From: Candidatus Lustribacter sp.
Lineage (GTDB): Bacteria; Vulcanimicrobiota; Vulcanimicrobiia; Vulcanimicrobiales; Vulcanimicrobiaceae
Reading direction: 5' to 3'
NCBI GenBank assembly: GCA_965277805.1
Contig: OZ255842.1
Span: 1,472,001-1,536,000, forward strand
DNA: 64,000 nt
Below the pieces are notes generated by a model. It ran no database searches, was not told where the DNA came from, and saw nothing but the letters and a program-made list of their open reading frames with translations. This document shows positions 29,534 through 39,008 of the stretch, piece by piece. Every line of letters starts with the position of its first letter. Positions within the stretch are counted from its first letter, which is position 1. The position numbers and the translations under genes are program-made.

Positions 29534-32328
29534 ACCAGGCTAGGCGAGAATCCGCGGCTGCCGGCGCGCCGAAGCAGATCGCGGTTCTCATCATCGACGA
29601 CAACCCGCTCGATTCCGAGCTCGCGTGCATGGAGCTCAGGCGCGCCGGCGTCACCACCGAGTTCGTCGTTGCAGCCGACCAGCAGCAATTGCGCGAGGCG
29701 CTGAAGCTCATCGTTCCGGACGTGGTTCTGTGCGATTTCTCCTTTCCGGACTTCGACGGCTACGCCGCGCAGAAGGTCGTCCACGAATCCTTTCCCGATG
29801 TGCCGCTGATCTTCGTCACCGGAACGATCAGCGAAGCGCGCGCGGTCACTGCCGTTCAAGCCGGCGCCGTCGACTTCGTGCTTAAGTCGAACCTCACGCG
29901 TTTACCGAGCGTAGTAGAACGCGCCGTGCGCGAGGCTCGCGAGCGCAAACGGCTCGTCGTTTCGCTCGAGAGTGCGGAAGAGCGCTCGCGCCGGCAAGCG
30001 CAGCGGCTGGAATCGCTCTGGCGCATCCTCAACGATCCGCGCTTGCAAGGGCCGGCCCTGATCACCGCACTGCTACGGCAAGCAGCGGCTGCGCTGCGCT
30101 CGGAGCAACACTTTCGCGGCACGCTCTCGCGAGTTGAAAGCGAGATCGTCGAGACGATTGCGATCGGAATCAGCTCCACCGACCAAGACCGGCGCATGAC
30201 CGGACCGGAGGTCGGCCATCGCCGCAAGCTCTCCGGGACGATCATTCCCAGCGTTTCCCGTTCGGCGGCCTGGGATGATCTGTGCGCGATGCCGACGCTC
30301 CCGGATGACTTGGCGAAACGCGGCTGGCGTTCGGCGATCTGCACGCGCTTCGATGCGGCCGGTTTACGCTACGCGCTGACCTTTGCGTCGCCCGATGTCA
30401 CCCAGATCGCGTTCGGTTCCGAAGATATTGCCTACGTCGAAGTGCTCGGCGCCTCGATCGCGCGCCTGATGGAAGTCAACGAACTCACGGATACGCTGCG
30501 CGAGGCCGAAGAACGCTCGCGCCAGCATGCCGCGCGCCTCGAAGCCCTCTGGGGACTCGTCAACGACCCGAGTTTGCGCGACGAAGAGCTGTGGCCCGCG
30601 ATGCTCGCGCAAGCCGGAAGCGAATTGCAGCCGGGTCAGAACTACCGCGGGACGCTGTGGCAGATCCAGAATGACGAGATGGTTGTCGTCGCGTTCTACG
30701 CGGCCCCGGGCGAGTCCGACGAAAGCATTACCGGCGGTATCGGGTTCACGCGTCCCTTGCAGACGACGCTCGTCGGCGAAATGCTGGCGCAGGGCGGCGG
30801 GACGCGATCGTGGGACGATACGCGTGAAACGAAGCGCGGGCACGCGTTCGCGGGCATGGGCCAATCGCGCGCGCTCGTCGCAACGACGTTCAGTGCCGGC
30901 GGCACGCAGTGGGCGCTAACATTTACTTCGATCAGTCCGGCGAAGAGACGCCTGCGGGCCGAAGAGAACGCGTATATCGAAATTCTCGCGTCCTTTTTTG
31001 CCAACCGGGTCCAACAGCGCTGGCAATTCGAACGCATCCAATTCCAGCAATCGCACGACGTGCTGACGGGTCTTCTAAGCCGCTCGCAGTTTCGGGCGCA
31101 GGCCCGCTCGGCATCCCGGACCGGGGCGCGCTATGCCGTCATCGTGGTCGACATCAACGCCTTCCGCGAGATCAACGAGTCCTACGGTCACATGATCGGC
31201 GACGCGATCCTGGTCGAAGTCGGCAGCGCGCTGTTGAAGCGCGCATCGGGAGCCGAGATCGTCGGGCGCGTCGGCGGCGACGTCTTCGCGATCTATATTG
31301 CCAACCCGGTGTCGCGTGACTTCGTGCTGAGCCGGGCAGCCCACTTCGCCGGCGCGTTTGGCGAAGGGTTCTCCACCGGCGATGCTCACGGAACCGAGTT
31401 CGTTTCGCGGACGGCGAACCTGGGCATCGCCCTCGCGCCGGAAGACGGAACGGAGTTCGACGTCATTCTTTCGCGCGCCGAGGCGGCGCTGCTCAGCGCC
31501 AAGCAGCGCGGTCACGCGACGACCGTCTTCTTCGAACTCGGAATGGAAGGCGATGCGCATCGCCGCGCAACGTTGCGCAACGAACTCGCGGATGCGATTT
31601 CCAACGATCAGTTCACGCTGTACTACCAACCTCACGTCGAGCTCAGCACCGGCGCCGTTACGGGCTGCGAGGCCCTGATTCGCTGGAATCATCCGGAGCG
31701 CGGGCTGGTGCTGCCCGGCAACTTCATCCCGTTTGCCGAGCAGTCGGGAATGATCACGGCGATCGACGACTGGGTGTTACGCAATGCTTGCGAAGCTTCG
31801 AAAGAGCTCGGATCGATGCGGCCGGGATTCCGGCTGTTCTTCAATCTTTCGGGGCGGCAGGCCGGCGACCCGAAGCTGATCCGCGCGCTGTCCGCAGCGG
31901 CCCGCAAGGGCGTTGCGCTGGAGAACCTCGGCGTCGAGATCACCGAGAGCGACGCGATGCGCGACGTCGAGGCCACGCGCCGCGTGTGCCGGGCGCTGCG
32001 CAAACTCAACGTCCGCGTCGCAATCGACGATTTCGGGACGGGGTACTCCTCGTTGTCGTTTCTCAAGCGCCTGCCGGTCGATATTGTCAAGATCGATCGC
32101 AGCTTTATCTCCGGCGTGCTCAGCGATCCGCACGACGAAACGATCGCCGAGACGATCATCGCCATTTCCGAGCGCTTCGGCTTCCAGTCCTTAGCCGAAG
32201 GCGCCGAACAAGATGCGGAAATCGAATGGCTGCGGCAGCGCGCGTGTCACTACGTCCAAGGTTATGCAATTTGCCACCCGCTCCCGATGCAGGAGTTCAA
32301 GTCATGGCTGAACGCGCGCCCGACATAG
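29530..32328 (+). CDS. REC-GAF-GAF-GGDEF(degenerate GGDVF)-EAL protein, probable c-di-GMP phosphodiesterase
   Basis: IIDD / LCD receiver; two similar ~177-aa GAF-like modules; HDVLTGL, INESYGHMIGD, RVGGDVF; YQP, EALIRW, EITES, DDFGTGYSS, KIDRSF, AEG, QGY. Confidence 0.92.
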   Translation: MNQARRESAAAGAPKQIAVLIIDDNPLDSELACMELRRAGVTTEFVVAADQQQLREALKLIVPDVVLCDFSFPDFDGYAAQKVVHESFPDVPLIFVTGTISEARAVTAVQAGAVDFVLKSNLTRLPSVVERAVREARERKRLVVSLESAEERSRRQAQRLESLWRILNDPRLQGPALITALLRQAAAALRSEQHFRGTLSRVESEIVETIAIGISSTDQDRRMTGPEVGHRRKLSGTIIPSVSRSAAWDDLCAMPTLPDDLAKRGWRSAICTRFDAAGLRYALTFASPDVTQIAFGSEDIAYVEVLGASIARLMEVNELTDTLREAEERSRQHAARLEALWGLVNDPSLRDEELWPAMLAQAGSELQPGQNYRGTLWQIQNDEMVVVAFYAAPGESDESITGGIGFTRPLQTTLVGEMLAQGGGTRSWDDTRETKRGHAFAGMGQSRALVATTFSAGGTQWALTFTSISPAKRRLRAEENAYIEILASFFANRVQQRWQFERIQFQQSHDVLTGLLSRSQFRAQARSASRTGARYAVIVVDINAFREINESYGHMIGDAILVEVGSALLKRASGAEIVGRVGGDVFAIYIANPVSRDFVLSRAAHFAGAFGEGFSTGDAHGTEFVSRTANLGIALAPEDGTEFDVILSRAEAALLSAKQRGHATTVFFELGMEGDAHRRATLRNELADAISNDQFTLYYQPHVELSTGAVTGCEALIRWNHPERGLVLPGNFIPFAEQSGMITAIDDWVLRNACEASKELGSMRPGFRLFFNLSGRQAGDPKLIRALSAAARKGVALENLGVEITESDAMRDVEATRRVCRALRKLNVRVAIDDFGTGYSSLSFLKRLPVDIVKIDRSFISGVLSDPHDETIAETIIAISERFGFQSLAEGAEQDAEIEWLRQRACHYVQGYAICHPLPMQEFKSWLNARPT

Positions 32329-32768
32329 CGAACGCCTTCGAAGGCGTGGAGGTCTTGCTCGTTGAGGACAACGAGCAGGATGCGGACCTCATCTTGCTCG
32401 CGTTCAAAAAGGGCAAGCTCGTTAATAAGCTGTTCTGGGTGAAGGACGGCGTTGAAGCGCTGGACTTCGTCGGCGCGACCGGAGCCTACGAAAGCCGCGA
32501 TGTGTGGGATGTGCCGCGCTTGATCCTGCTCGACATGAGCATGCCGCGGATGGGTGGGCTCGACGTGTTGCGGGCGCTGAAGGCCGACCCAAAAACGCGC
32601 GCCATTCCGGTTGTCGTCATGACCGTATCCAACCAAGAACGCGATCTGAGCGATTGCTATGCGCTCGGCGCCAACGGCTTCGTGACCAAACCGATCGGCC
32701 TCAAAGAACTCACCGACGCGGTTGCCAAGATCGGGATGTACTGGCTGCTCGTCAACCGCCAAGCGTAG
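32304..32768 (+). CDS. Single-domain response regulator, Rcp1-like
   Basis: AGGAG RBS at 32291; VLLVEDN, ILLDMSMP, TKP, GMYWL. Confidence 0.92.
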   Translation: MAERAPDIANAFEGVEVLLVEDNEQDADLILLAFKKGKLVNKLFWVKDGVEALDFVGATGAYESRDVWDVPRLILLDMSMPRMGGLDVLRALKADPKTRAIPVVVMTVSNQERDLSDCYALGANGFVTKPIGLKELTDAVAKIGMYWLLVNRQA

Positions 32769-34377
32769 CCGGCACGGCGTCCGGCCGGCCGACGCGCGAG
32801 CGGGCGTTGGTGTACCACACCATGCCGGGCGCGGCATCACGCTGTTTGCGCACGTACTTGCGCTCGGTGAAGTCGATCTCGACGCGCGGCGCATTGCGCG
32901 CGCGGCTGTGCAGCGCGGCGTAGTCCGCAGCGCAATCGAGATCGCTGGCATCGGGTTCCGCGCCGGGCGGCGCCTGCAGCACGACGTGCGAACCGGGAAT
33001 GCCGCGCGCGTGAAACCAGAGATCGTCCGGCCGCGCGATGCGGAACGTGACCTCGACGTTTTCGCGCGGCGAACGCCCGACGAAGATCCGCGCACCGGAC
33101 GGCCGCTCGACGCGCAGCGGTGCGCGCGCGGTGCGTTTTCCGCCCGGCGCGGGTGCGGCCGTCTTACGGCCTTCGATGCGGTCGAGTTCCGCGCCGATTT
33201 CGGCCAAGGTCGTTGCGTCGCCGCGGTCCGTCTCGAACGCCAGGTCTTCGAGCGCCGCGCGCTTCGCTTCGAGCAAAGCGAGGCGGCGTTCGAGATGCGG
33301 TAATGCATCGGCAGCCTTGCGGTAGCGCACGAAATAGCTCGCGGCATTCGCTTTCGCGTCGAGGTCCGGATCGAGCACGATGTCGATCGCATCCTCGCCC
33401 GGCGTGCGGAAATGCGTGGCGCCGGCCGGGATGTCGTGACCGTAGGTGTGCAGCGCGTCACCGGCCGCCCGCAGCGCTTCGCGCCCGGCCGCGTCGTTGC
33501 GGCGCGCGGTGACTTGGGCGACTTCGGCCGCCGTATCGCGCATGCGTTTCGCGATCCGGTTGCGCAATGCCGTGCGCCGCCGTTCGCCGGCGTCGCTCGC
33601 GCGGCGGCCGGCACTGGTCGCGCGCGACTCGGCGAAGAGCGGCAGCAGCGCCGTCACGGTGCTGCGTTCGAGCGCTGCATATTGCGCCAGCGGCACGACG
33701 TGCGCCGCCACGAGCTTGCCGGCCTCACGGTAGACATACACCGGCGCATCGGGTGAAGCCGCGGCATCGTTGGCCGCCGCTTCGAGGGCAGCGCGGCGTT
33801 GCGGACCGGCATCGCCGGTCGCGGCCAGCGACTCGGCGAGCTGCTTCGGGAGCCGCGGCGGACCCTCGGGCAGGGGCGGCGGCCGGTAGGGTCCCCCAAC
33901 CCCCACGCTGCGCGCCTCATTTTCAGCCGGCGAGAATTGCTTCGCGGCCGCGATGATCGCGCCGTCGCGCAGGAGCAGCAGGTTCCCGAAGCGCGGCACC
34001 AACTCGGCCACGAGTTTGGCCCCGGACGTCACCCCGAACCGTGAAGTCGTTCCGAAGTCTAGCACGAGCACCCGGTCGCCCGGCCGGCTACGCACTTCAC
34101 CCAGCCGCAAGCCCCGCAAGGCGGCGGCGATCGGCTTCGACCAGCCCGGGTCACCCGCGATTGAAAGCTCCAGGGTCTCGAGCGAGACGAGCGGCGGCGA
34201 GCCGAAAATGTCGATCGCGAGAACGTCACCGGCCTGGAGGCCGCCCTTGCGCCGGCCGCCGAGGCGAATGCCGAAGCGCCCGTCGTCGAGCAGCCCGGCG
34301 TCGGTCACCCGGGCTCCGCGCAACTCGCGTTCGAGCTCCGCCGCCGCCCGTCGGATGAGGATCCAGTCCGTGACCAC
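32752..34377 (-). CDS. rqcH: NFACT family protein (RqcH/FbpA, ribosome quality control)
   Basis: DRVLVLDF, LVAELVPRFGNLLL, LDPDLDAKANAASYFVRYRK, VGRSPREN, DLWFHARGIPGSHVV, PGMVWY. Confidence 0.9.
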   Translation of the reverse strand: MVTDWILIRRAAAELERELRGARVTDAGLLDDGRFGIRLGGRRKGGLQAGDVLAIDIFGSPPLVSLETLELSIAGDPGWSKPIAAALRGLRLGEVRSRPGDRVLVLDFGTTSRFGVTSGAKLVAELVPRFGNLLLLRDGAIIAAAKQFSPAENEARSVGVGGPYRPPPLPEGPPRLPKQLAESLAATGDAGPQRRAALEAAANDAAASPDAPVYVYREAGKLVAAHVVPLAQYAALERSTVTALLPLFAESRATSAGRRASDAGERRRTALRNRIAKRMRDTAAEVAQVTARRNDAAGREALRAAGDALHTYGHDIPAGATHFRTPGEDAIDIVLDPDLDAKANAASYFVRYRKAADALPHLERRLALLEAKRAALEDLAFETDRGDATTLAEIGAELDRIEGRKTAAPAPGGKRTARAPLRVERPSGARIFVGRSPRENVEVTFRIARPDDLWFHARGIPGSHVVLQAPPGAEPDASDLDCAADYAALHSRARNAPRVEIDFTERKYVRKQRDAAPGMVWYTNARSRVGRPDAVPATLGG

Positions 34378-34431
34378 AGCCGGTTCGGGTTCACAGAGGG
34401 CTTCAAACGTTCCCCTTTGAAACCAAGTTAG

Positions 34432-35100
34432 TTGCCTGCGAGCCTGGCTCGTAGGCGCCGTCGTCTTAGGAGGAGTAGCGTTCTAACCGGGCCAGGTCTG
34501 TTGTTCGTCGTGTCGGGGCCCTCGGGGGCCGGAAAAGACACGCTGGTCGACGGGCTGCGATCGCGCCACGGACGCCTCAAATATTCGGTGTCCGCCACCA
34601 CCCGCGCACCTCGGCCGGGCGAGCGGGAAGGCATCGACTACTTCTTCGTAACGCGTGAAGCGTTCGAGCAGAAGCTCGCCGACAACGGCTTTATCGAACA
34701 CCGGCTCTACAACGACAATCTCTACGGTACGCCCCGGTCGTTCATCAACGAAGCGTTGCTGGACGGCTACGACGTGATCATGAAACCCGAAGTCAACGGT
34801 GCGATCGCGATCAAGGAACGGTTCCCCGAGGCCGTCTTAATCTTCATCGTTCCCGACCGCTTCTCGCTCTTGCAAACCCGGCTGGAAGCGCGGCGCACGG
34901 AAACCAACGACGTCATCGCCCAGCGCCTGGCCATCGCCCACGAAGAACTGCGCTACGTCCGCTTGTTCGACTACCTGCTCGTCAACCAAGAAGCCCACCC
35001 GGAAGTCGCCGTCGAGGACCTCGAAGCGATCGTCCGGGCCGAACGCATGCGCATCTACCGCTACCCGGACACCCGGATCAAGGAAATCGAAGAAAACTAA
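34432..35100 (+). CDS. gmk: Guanylate kinase (true start probably near 34480-34483)
   Basis: SGPSGAGKDT, SVSATTRAPRPGEREGIDYFF, YGTP; followed by rpoZ. Confidence 0.96.
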   Translation: MPASLARRRRRLRRSSVLTGPGLLFVVSGPSGAGKDTLVDGLRSRHGRLKYSVSATTRAPRPGEREGIDYFFVTREAFEQKLADNGFIEHRLYNDNLYGTPRSFINEALLDGYDVIMKPEVNGAIAIKERFPEAVLIFIVPDRFSLLQTRLEARRTETNDVIAQRLAIAHEELRYVRLFDYLLVNQEAHPEVAVEDLEAIVRAERMRIYRYPDTRIKEIEEN

Positions 35101-35318
35101 TGAGTAACTCCGTATTCGGCGACCTCGACGGCCTGCTCGCGCACGTCGACTCCAAGTTTTCGCTCGTCAACGTCGTGACGAAGCGGGCCAAACAGCTCAA
35201 CAACGGCGCCCCGCCGCTGACCGACTCGGTCAATCCGAACAAGCCGGTCTCGACCGCCTTCAGCGAAGTCCGGGAAGGCCGGATCCCCTACCACCGCACC
35301 AAAGAGGGCATCAAGTAA
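35100..35318 (+). CDS. rpoZ: RNA polymerase omega subunit
   Basis: SKFSLVNVVTKRAKQL, KPVSTAFSE; conserved gmk-rpoZ synteny. Confidence 0.93.
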   Translation: MSNSVFGDLDGLLAHVDSKFSLVNVVTKRAKQLNNGAPPLTDSVNPNKPVSTAFSEVREGRIPYHRTKEGIK

Positions 35319-35349
35319 CCCCTTTCGGATTCGGCGCCTTCTAACCACT

Positions 35350-37188
35350 ATGTGCGGCATCGTAGGGTACATCGGCGAACGTGACAGCGTCCCGGTGATC
35401 ATGGATTCACTCGGCCGTCTCGAGTACCGCGGCTACGATTCGGCCGGGATCGCGGTGATCGACGACGCCGGCACGCTGATCGGTTCGAAGGCCGAAGGCA
35501 AGCTGGCGCGGCTGGCCGAGCGGCTGGCCAACGGCGAGGCGCTGCACGGCCACGTCGGCGTAGGACACACGCGCTGGGCCACGCACGGCCGCCCCTCGGA
35601 CGAGAATGCGCATCCGCATCTCGACTGCTCGAAGAAATTCGCGGTCGTCCACAACGGGATCATCGAAAACTACGCGGCGCTGCGGACCGAGCTGATCGGT
35701 GAGGGCCACACCTTCACGAGCGAGACCGATACCGAAGTCCTCGCGCACTTGCTGGAACGCCACTATACCGGCGATCTGGTCACCGCGGTACGCCATACGC
35801 TGGCCGAGGTGCGCGGCGCGTTCGCGCTGGGCGTGATCTCCTCCGACACGCCCGACCGGTTGATCTTCGCGCGCAACGGCGCCTCGCCGCTGGTCGTGGG
35901 CTTGGGCGACGGCGAGATGTTCGTCGCCTCCGATATCCCGGCGATCTTGCAATACACGCGCAAGGTGATCGTCCTCGAAGAGGGCGAGGTCGTGGAAGTG
36001 CGCCGCGACGGCTACGCGCTCACCGCCTTCAGCGGCAAAGCGATCGAACGCGAAGTGCGTCAGATCGCTTGGGAAGCCTCGTCGGCCGAGAAGAGCGGCT
36101 TCAAGCATTTTATGCTCAAGGAGATCTTCGAGCAGCCCAACGTGATCAAGGAAACGCTGGCCGGGCGCATCGACGAATCGTGCGACGTGCAGCTCGGCTC
36201 CGAGCTGCAGATCGAAGAGATCGTGCTGCGCGCGATGACCAAGATCTCGATCACCGGCTGCGGCACGGCCTACCATGCCGGTATGGTCGGAATGTATCTG
36301 ATGCGCGCGCTGTGCAAGATTCCCGTCGAAATGGAACTCGCGTCGGAATTTCGTTACGGTGACCGCGCGATGGACCCGCGCACGCTGACGATCGCGATGT
36401 CGCAGTCCGGCGAGACCGCCGACACGATCGAAGCGGTGAAGATCGCGCGCGAAGCCGGTGCTCCGGTGATCGGCATCTGCAACGTCGTCGGCTCGCATCT
36501 CACCCGCCTGGCCGACGGCACGCTGCACACCCGCGGCGGCCCGGAAATCTCCGTCGCGGCCACAAAAACCTATGTGTCGCAAGCGATTGCGGCGACGCTG
36601 CTCGCGCTCTATTTGGCGCGCGTTCGCAAGTCGGCGCCGCTCGAACGCTTGCGAGAGATCGCCGAGGGTACGCGCCTTCTGCCGGCCGCCATCGACGTCG
36701 CATTGAACGCGAGCGATGCGGTGAAGAAGGTTGCGCGGAAGATCCGGCGCGCGCGCTCGGTGCTCTTTCTCGGCCGCTACGTCAACTTTCCGACGGCGCT
36801 CGAAGGCGCGCTCAAGCTCAAGGAGATTTCATACATTCACGCTGAGGGGTACGCCGCGGGCGAGATGAAGCACGGGCCGATCGCGCTGCTCGATCCGCGC
36901 ACGCCGGTGGTCGGCATCGTGACCGACGGCCGCGTGCGGGAGAAGATGCTCTCCAATCTCTCCGAAGCGAAGGCGCGCGAAGCCCCGCTGATCATTGTCG
37001 CCAACCACGGCGACGACGAGGCCGCGGCCATCGCCGACCACGTGCTGTGGGTGCCGAAGGTCGACGAGCTGCTCTCGCCGATCGTCAACGTGATCCCGCT
37101 GCAATTGCTCGCCTACCACATCGCCGACATCGAAGGCAAAGACGTCGATCAGCCGCGCAATCTGGCTAAGACGGTTACGGTCGAATAA
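35350..37188 (+). CDS. glmS: Glutamine-fructose-6-phosphate transaminase (isomerizing)
   Basis: [52 protein letters not shown]. Confidence 0.98.
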   Translation: MCGIVGYIGERDSVPVIMDSLGRLEYRGYDSAGIAVIDDAGTLIGSKAEGKLARLAERLANGEALHGHVGVGHTRWATHGRPSDENAHPHLDCSKKFAVVHNGIIENYAALRTELIGEGHTFTSETDTEVLAHLLERHYTGDLVTAVRHTLAEVRGAFALGVISSDTPDRLIFARNGASPLVVGLGDGEMFVASDIPAILQYTRKVIVLEEGEVVEVRRDGYALTAFSGKAIEREVRQIAWEASSAEKSGFKHFMLKEIFEQPNVIKETLAGRIDESCDVQLGSELQIEEIVLRAMTKISITGCGTAYHAGMVGMYLMRALCKIPVEMELASEFRYGDRAMDPRTLTIAMSQSGETADTIEAVKIAREAGAPVIGICNVVGSHLTRLADGTLHTRGGPEISVAATKTYVSQAIAATLLALYLARVRKSAPLERLREIAEGTRLLPAAIDVALNASDAVKKVARKIRRARSVLFLGRYVNFPTALEGALKLKEISYIHAEGYAAGEMKHGPIALLDPRTPVVGIVTDGRVREKMLSNLSEAKAREAPLIIVANHGDDEAAAIADHVLWVPKVDELLSPIVNVIPLQLLAYHIADIEGKDVDQPRNLAKTVTVE

Positions 37189-37190
37189 GG

Positions 37191-37913
37191 GTGCGTCCCG
37201 ACGGAAGAGCGCCCGACGCGTTGCGCCCGGTGACGATTGCGACCGGCTTCATGCCCAATGCCGAAGGCAGCGTACTGATCAGCGTCGGCGAGACGCGCGT
37301 CATCTGCGCGGCCTCGTACGAAGAACGCGTCCCGCCCTGGATGCGCGGCCGCGGCACCGGCTGGGTGACCGCCGAGTACAGCATGCTGCCGCGCGCGACG
37401 GTCGAGCGTACGCAGCGTGAAGCGAACAAAGGCAAAATCGGCGGCCGCACGCACGAGATCCAGCGCTTGATCGGGCGCGCGCTGCGGGCCACCGTCGACA
37501 TGGCGAAGCTCGGCGAACGCATGATCACGATCGACTGCGACGTGATCGGTGCCGACGGCGGGACGCGCACGGCGTCGATCACCGGCGCCTGGGTTGCGCT
37601 CTCGCTCGCCCTGCGCAAACACTTCGATCCCAAAGATGCCAAGACGTGGCCGCTCACGGGTCAAATTGCGGCGATCTCTGTCGGCATCGTCAACGGCACC
37701 CCCGTGCTCGACCTGCCCTACGTTGAGGACAGCACGGCCGAAGTCGACATGAACGTGGCCATGACGGCGGCCGGCGGTTTCGTCGAATTGCAAGGTACGG
37801 CGGAGGGCAAACCCTTCGACCGAGCGCAGCTCGATACGCTGTTGGCGCTCGCCGACGGCGGTATTCGCACGCTCTTCGAAGCGCAGGCCGCGGCCCTCGC
37901 CACCCGTGTCTGA
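37191..37913 (+). CDS. rph: Ribonuclease PH
   Basis: [55 protein letters not shown]. Confidence 0.97.
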   Translation: MRPDGRAPDALRPVTIATGFMPNAEGSVLISVGETRVICAASYEERVPPWMRGRGTGWVTAEYSMLPRATVERTQREANKGKIGGRTHEIQRLIGRALRATVDMAKLGERMITIDCDVIGADGGTRTASITGAWVALSLALRKHFDPKDAKTWPLTGQIAAISVGIVNGTPVLDLPYVEDSTAEVDMNVAMTAAGGFVELQGTAEGKPFDRAQLDTLLALADGGIRTLFEAQAAALATRV

Positions 37914-38238
37914 CGCGCCGCTGCGCGCCTTAGCCGAACGCGTCGCCGCGTTCCACATCACCGATCGAGCGATGCTGCGCGCGCAGAATACTTTCACTGC
38001 GGCCCTGCGCGCGGGAGAACCATCACCGGCTGAGAGCGCCGCGTATCTGCGCGCCGTCCGCACCTATTTCAGCGGCTTCGAACGGGACGCGCAGGCCCAA
38101 CTGGCAAGCGTCGACCGCGAACTGGACCTGCTCTATCAGCGCCAGTACAATCTCGCCGCAGAGCGTGGCGTAGCGCACAAACGCCTCGAGGCCGTGCAGG
38201 GCGTTCTTGCATCGGTTGCTGAACTCGGCTCTCCATGA
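37906..38238 (+). CDS. Hypothetical helical protein
   Basis: Overlaps rph stop and mlaE start (ATGA); coiled-coil-like C-terminal half. Confidence 0.65.
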   Translation: MSDAPLRALAERVAAFHITDRAMLRAQNTFTAALRAGEPSPAESAAYLRAVRTYFSGFERDAQAQLASVDRELDLLYQRQYNLAAERGVAHKRLEAVQGVLASVAELGSP

Positions 38239-39008
38239 ATGTGCTCGAAGATCTCGGGCGTGAAACGACCGGGTTCTTCTCGTACGCGGGCGGCGCGGCC
38301 ATGCTGCTTGCCGATAGCGCGTCGTTCGTGGGCAAGCTGCGGGTCCGCGTCGGCGAGACCATGGAACAGGCGTTCCGCCTCGGCGTGCAATCGTGGGGCA
38401 TCGTTATCCTCACGTCGCTTTGCACCGGCATGGTGTTTGCGCTCGAGTCGGCCAATCAGGCCGTAGCCTACGGCGTGGGCAACCTCGTCGGCGGCGCGGT
38501 CGCGTTCACGATGGCACGCGAACTCGGGCCGATGCTCTCGGCTGTGGTCGTCGCCGGGCGGTCCGGAGCGGCGATTTCCGCCGAACTCGGATCGATGGTC
38601 GTGACCGAGCAGATCGAAGCCCTGCAGTCGCTGGGCCTCTCGCCCACGCGTATGCTGGTCGTGCCGCGACTGGTCGCGCTCGTCATCATGCTGCCGCTGC
38701 TCACGGTCTTCGCCGACATCGTCAGCATCGCTGGCGGCGCCTACATCGCAAGCATCTTCGCGCACGTCAGCTACGAGTCGTTCATCAATTCGGCCCGCGC
38801 ATCGGTGCCGTTCATCGACGTCTGTAAGGGACTGCTGAAGTCGGTCGTGTTCGGGATCATCATCGCGATCATCGGCTCGTATAGCGGCCTGCAGACCCGC
38901 GGCGGGGCGGCCGGCGTCGGCCGCGCGACGACCTCGGCGGTCGTCATCGCCATCATCCTGATCTTTATATTCAACTTCGCGCTCTCGTACGTGCTGTTTC
39001 CGCAATGA
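38235..39008 (+). CDS. mlaE: MlaE-family ABC permease
   Basis: RELGPML, AGRSGAAISAELGSMVVTEQIEAL, VPRL, GGAAGVGRATT. Confidence 0.95.
   Translation: MNVLEDLGRETTGFFSYAGGAAMLLADSASFVGKLRVRVGETMEQAFRLGVQSWGIVILTSLCTGMVFALESANQAVAYGVGNLVGGAVAFTMARELGPMLSAVVVAGRSGAAISAELGSMVVTEQIEALQSLGLSPTRMLVVPRLVALVIMLPLLTVFADIVSIAGGAYIASIFAHVSYESFINSARASVPFIDVCKGLLKSVVFGIIIAIIGSYSGLQTRGGAAGVGRATTSAVVIAIILIFIFNFALSYVLFPQ

Noticed and set aside
34402-34421. TTCAAA-N8-TTTGAA inverted repeat between rqcH and gmk
   Set aside because: Only 6-bp arms, single occurrence, no cognate regulator nearby; insufficient support
35319-35349. glmS ribozyme upstream of glmS
   Set aside because: Only 31 nt separate rpoZ and glmS, far too short for the ribozyme
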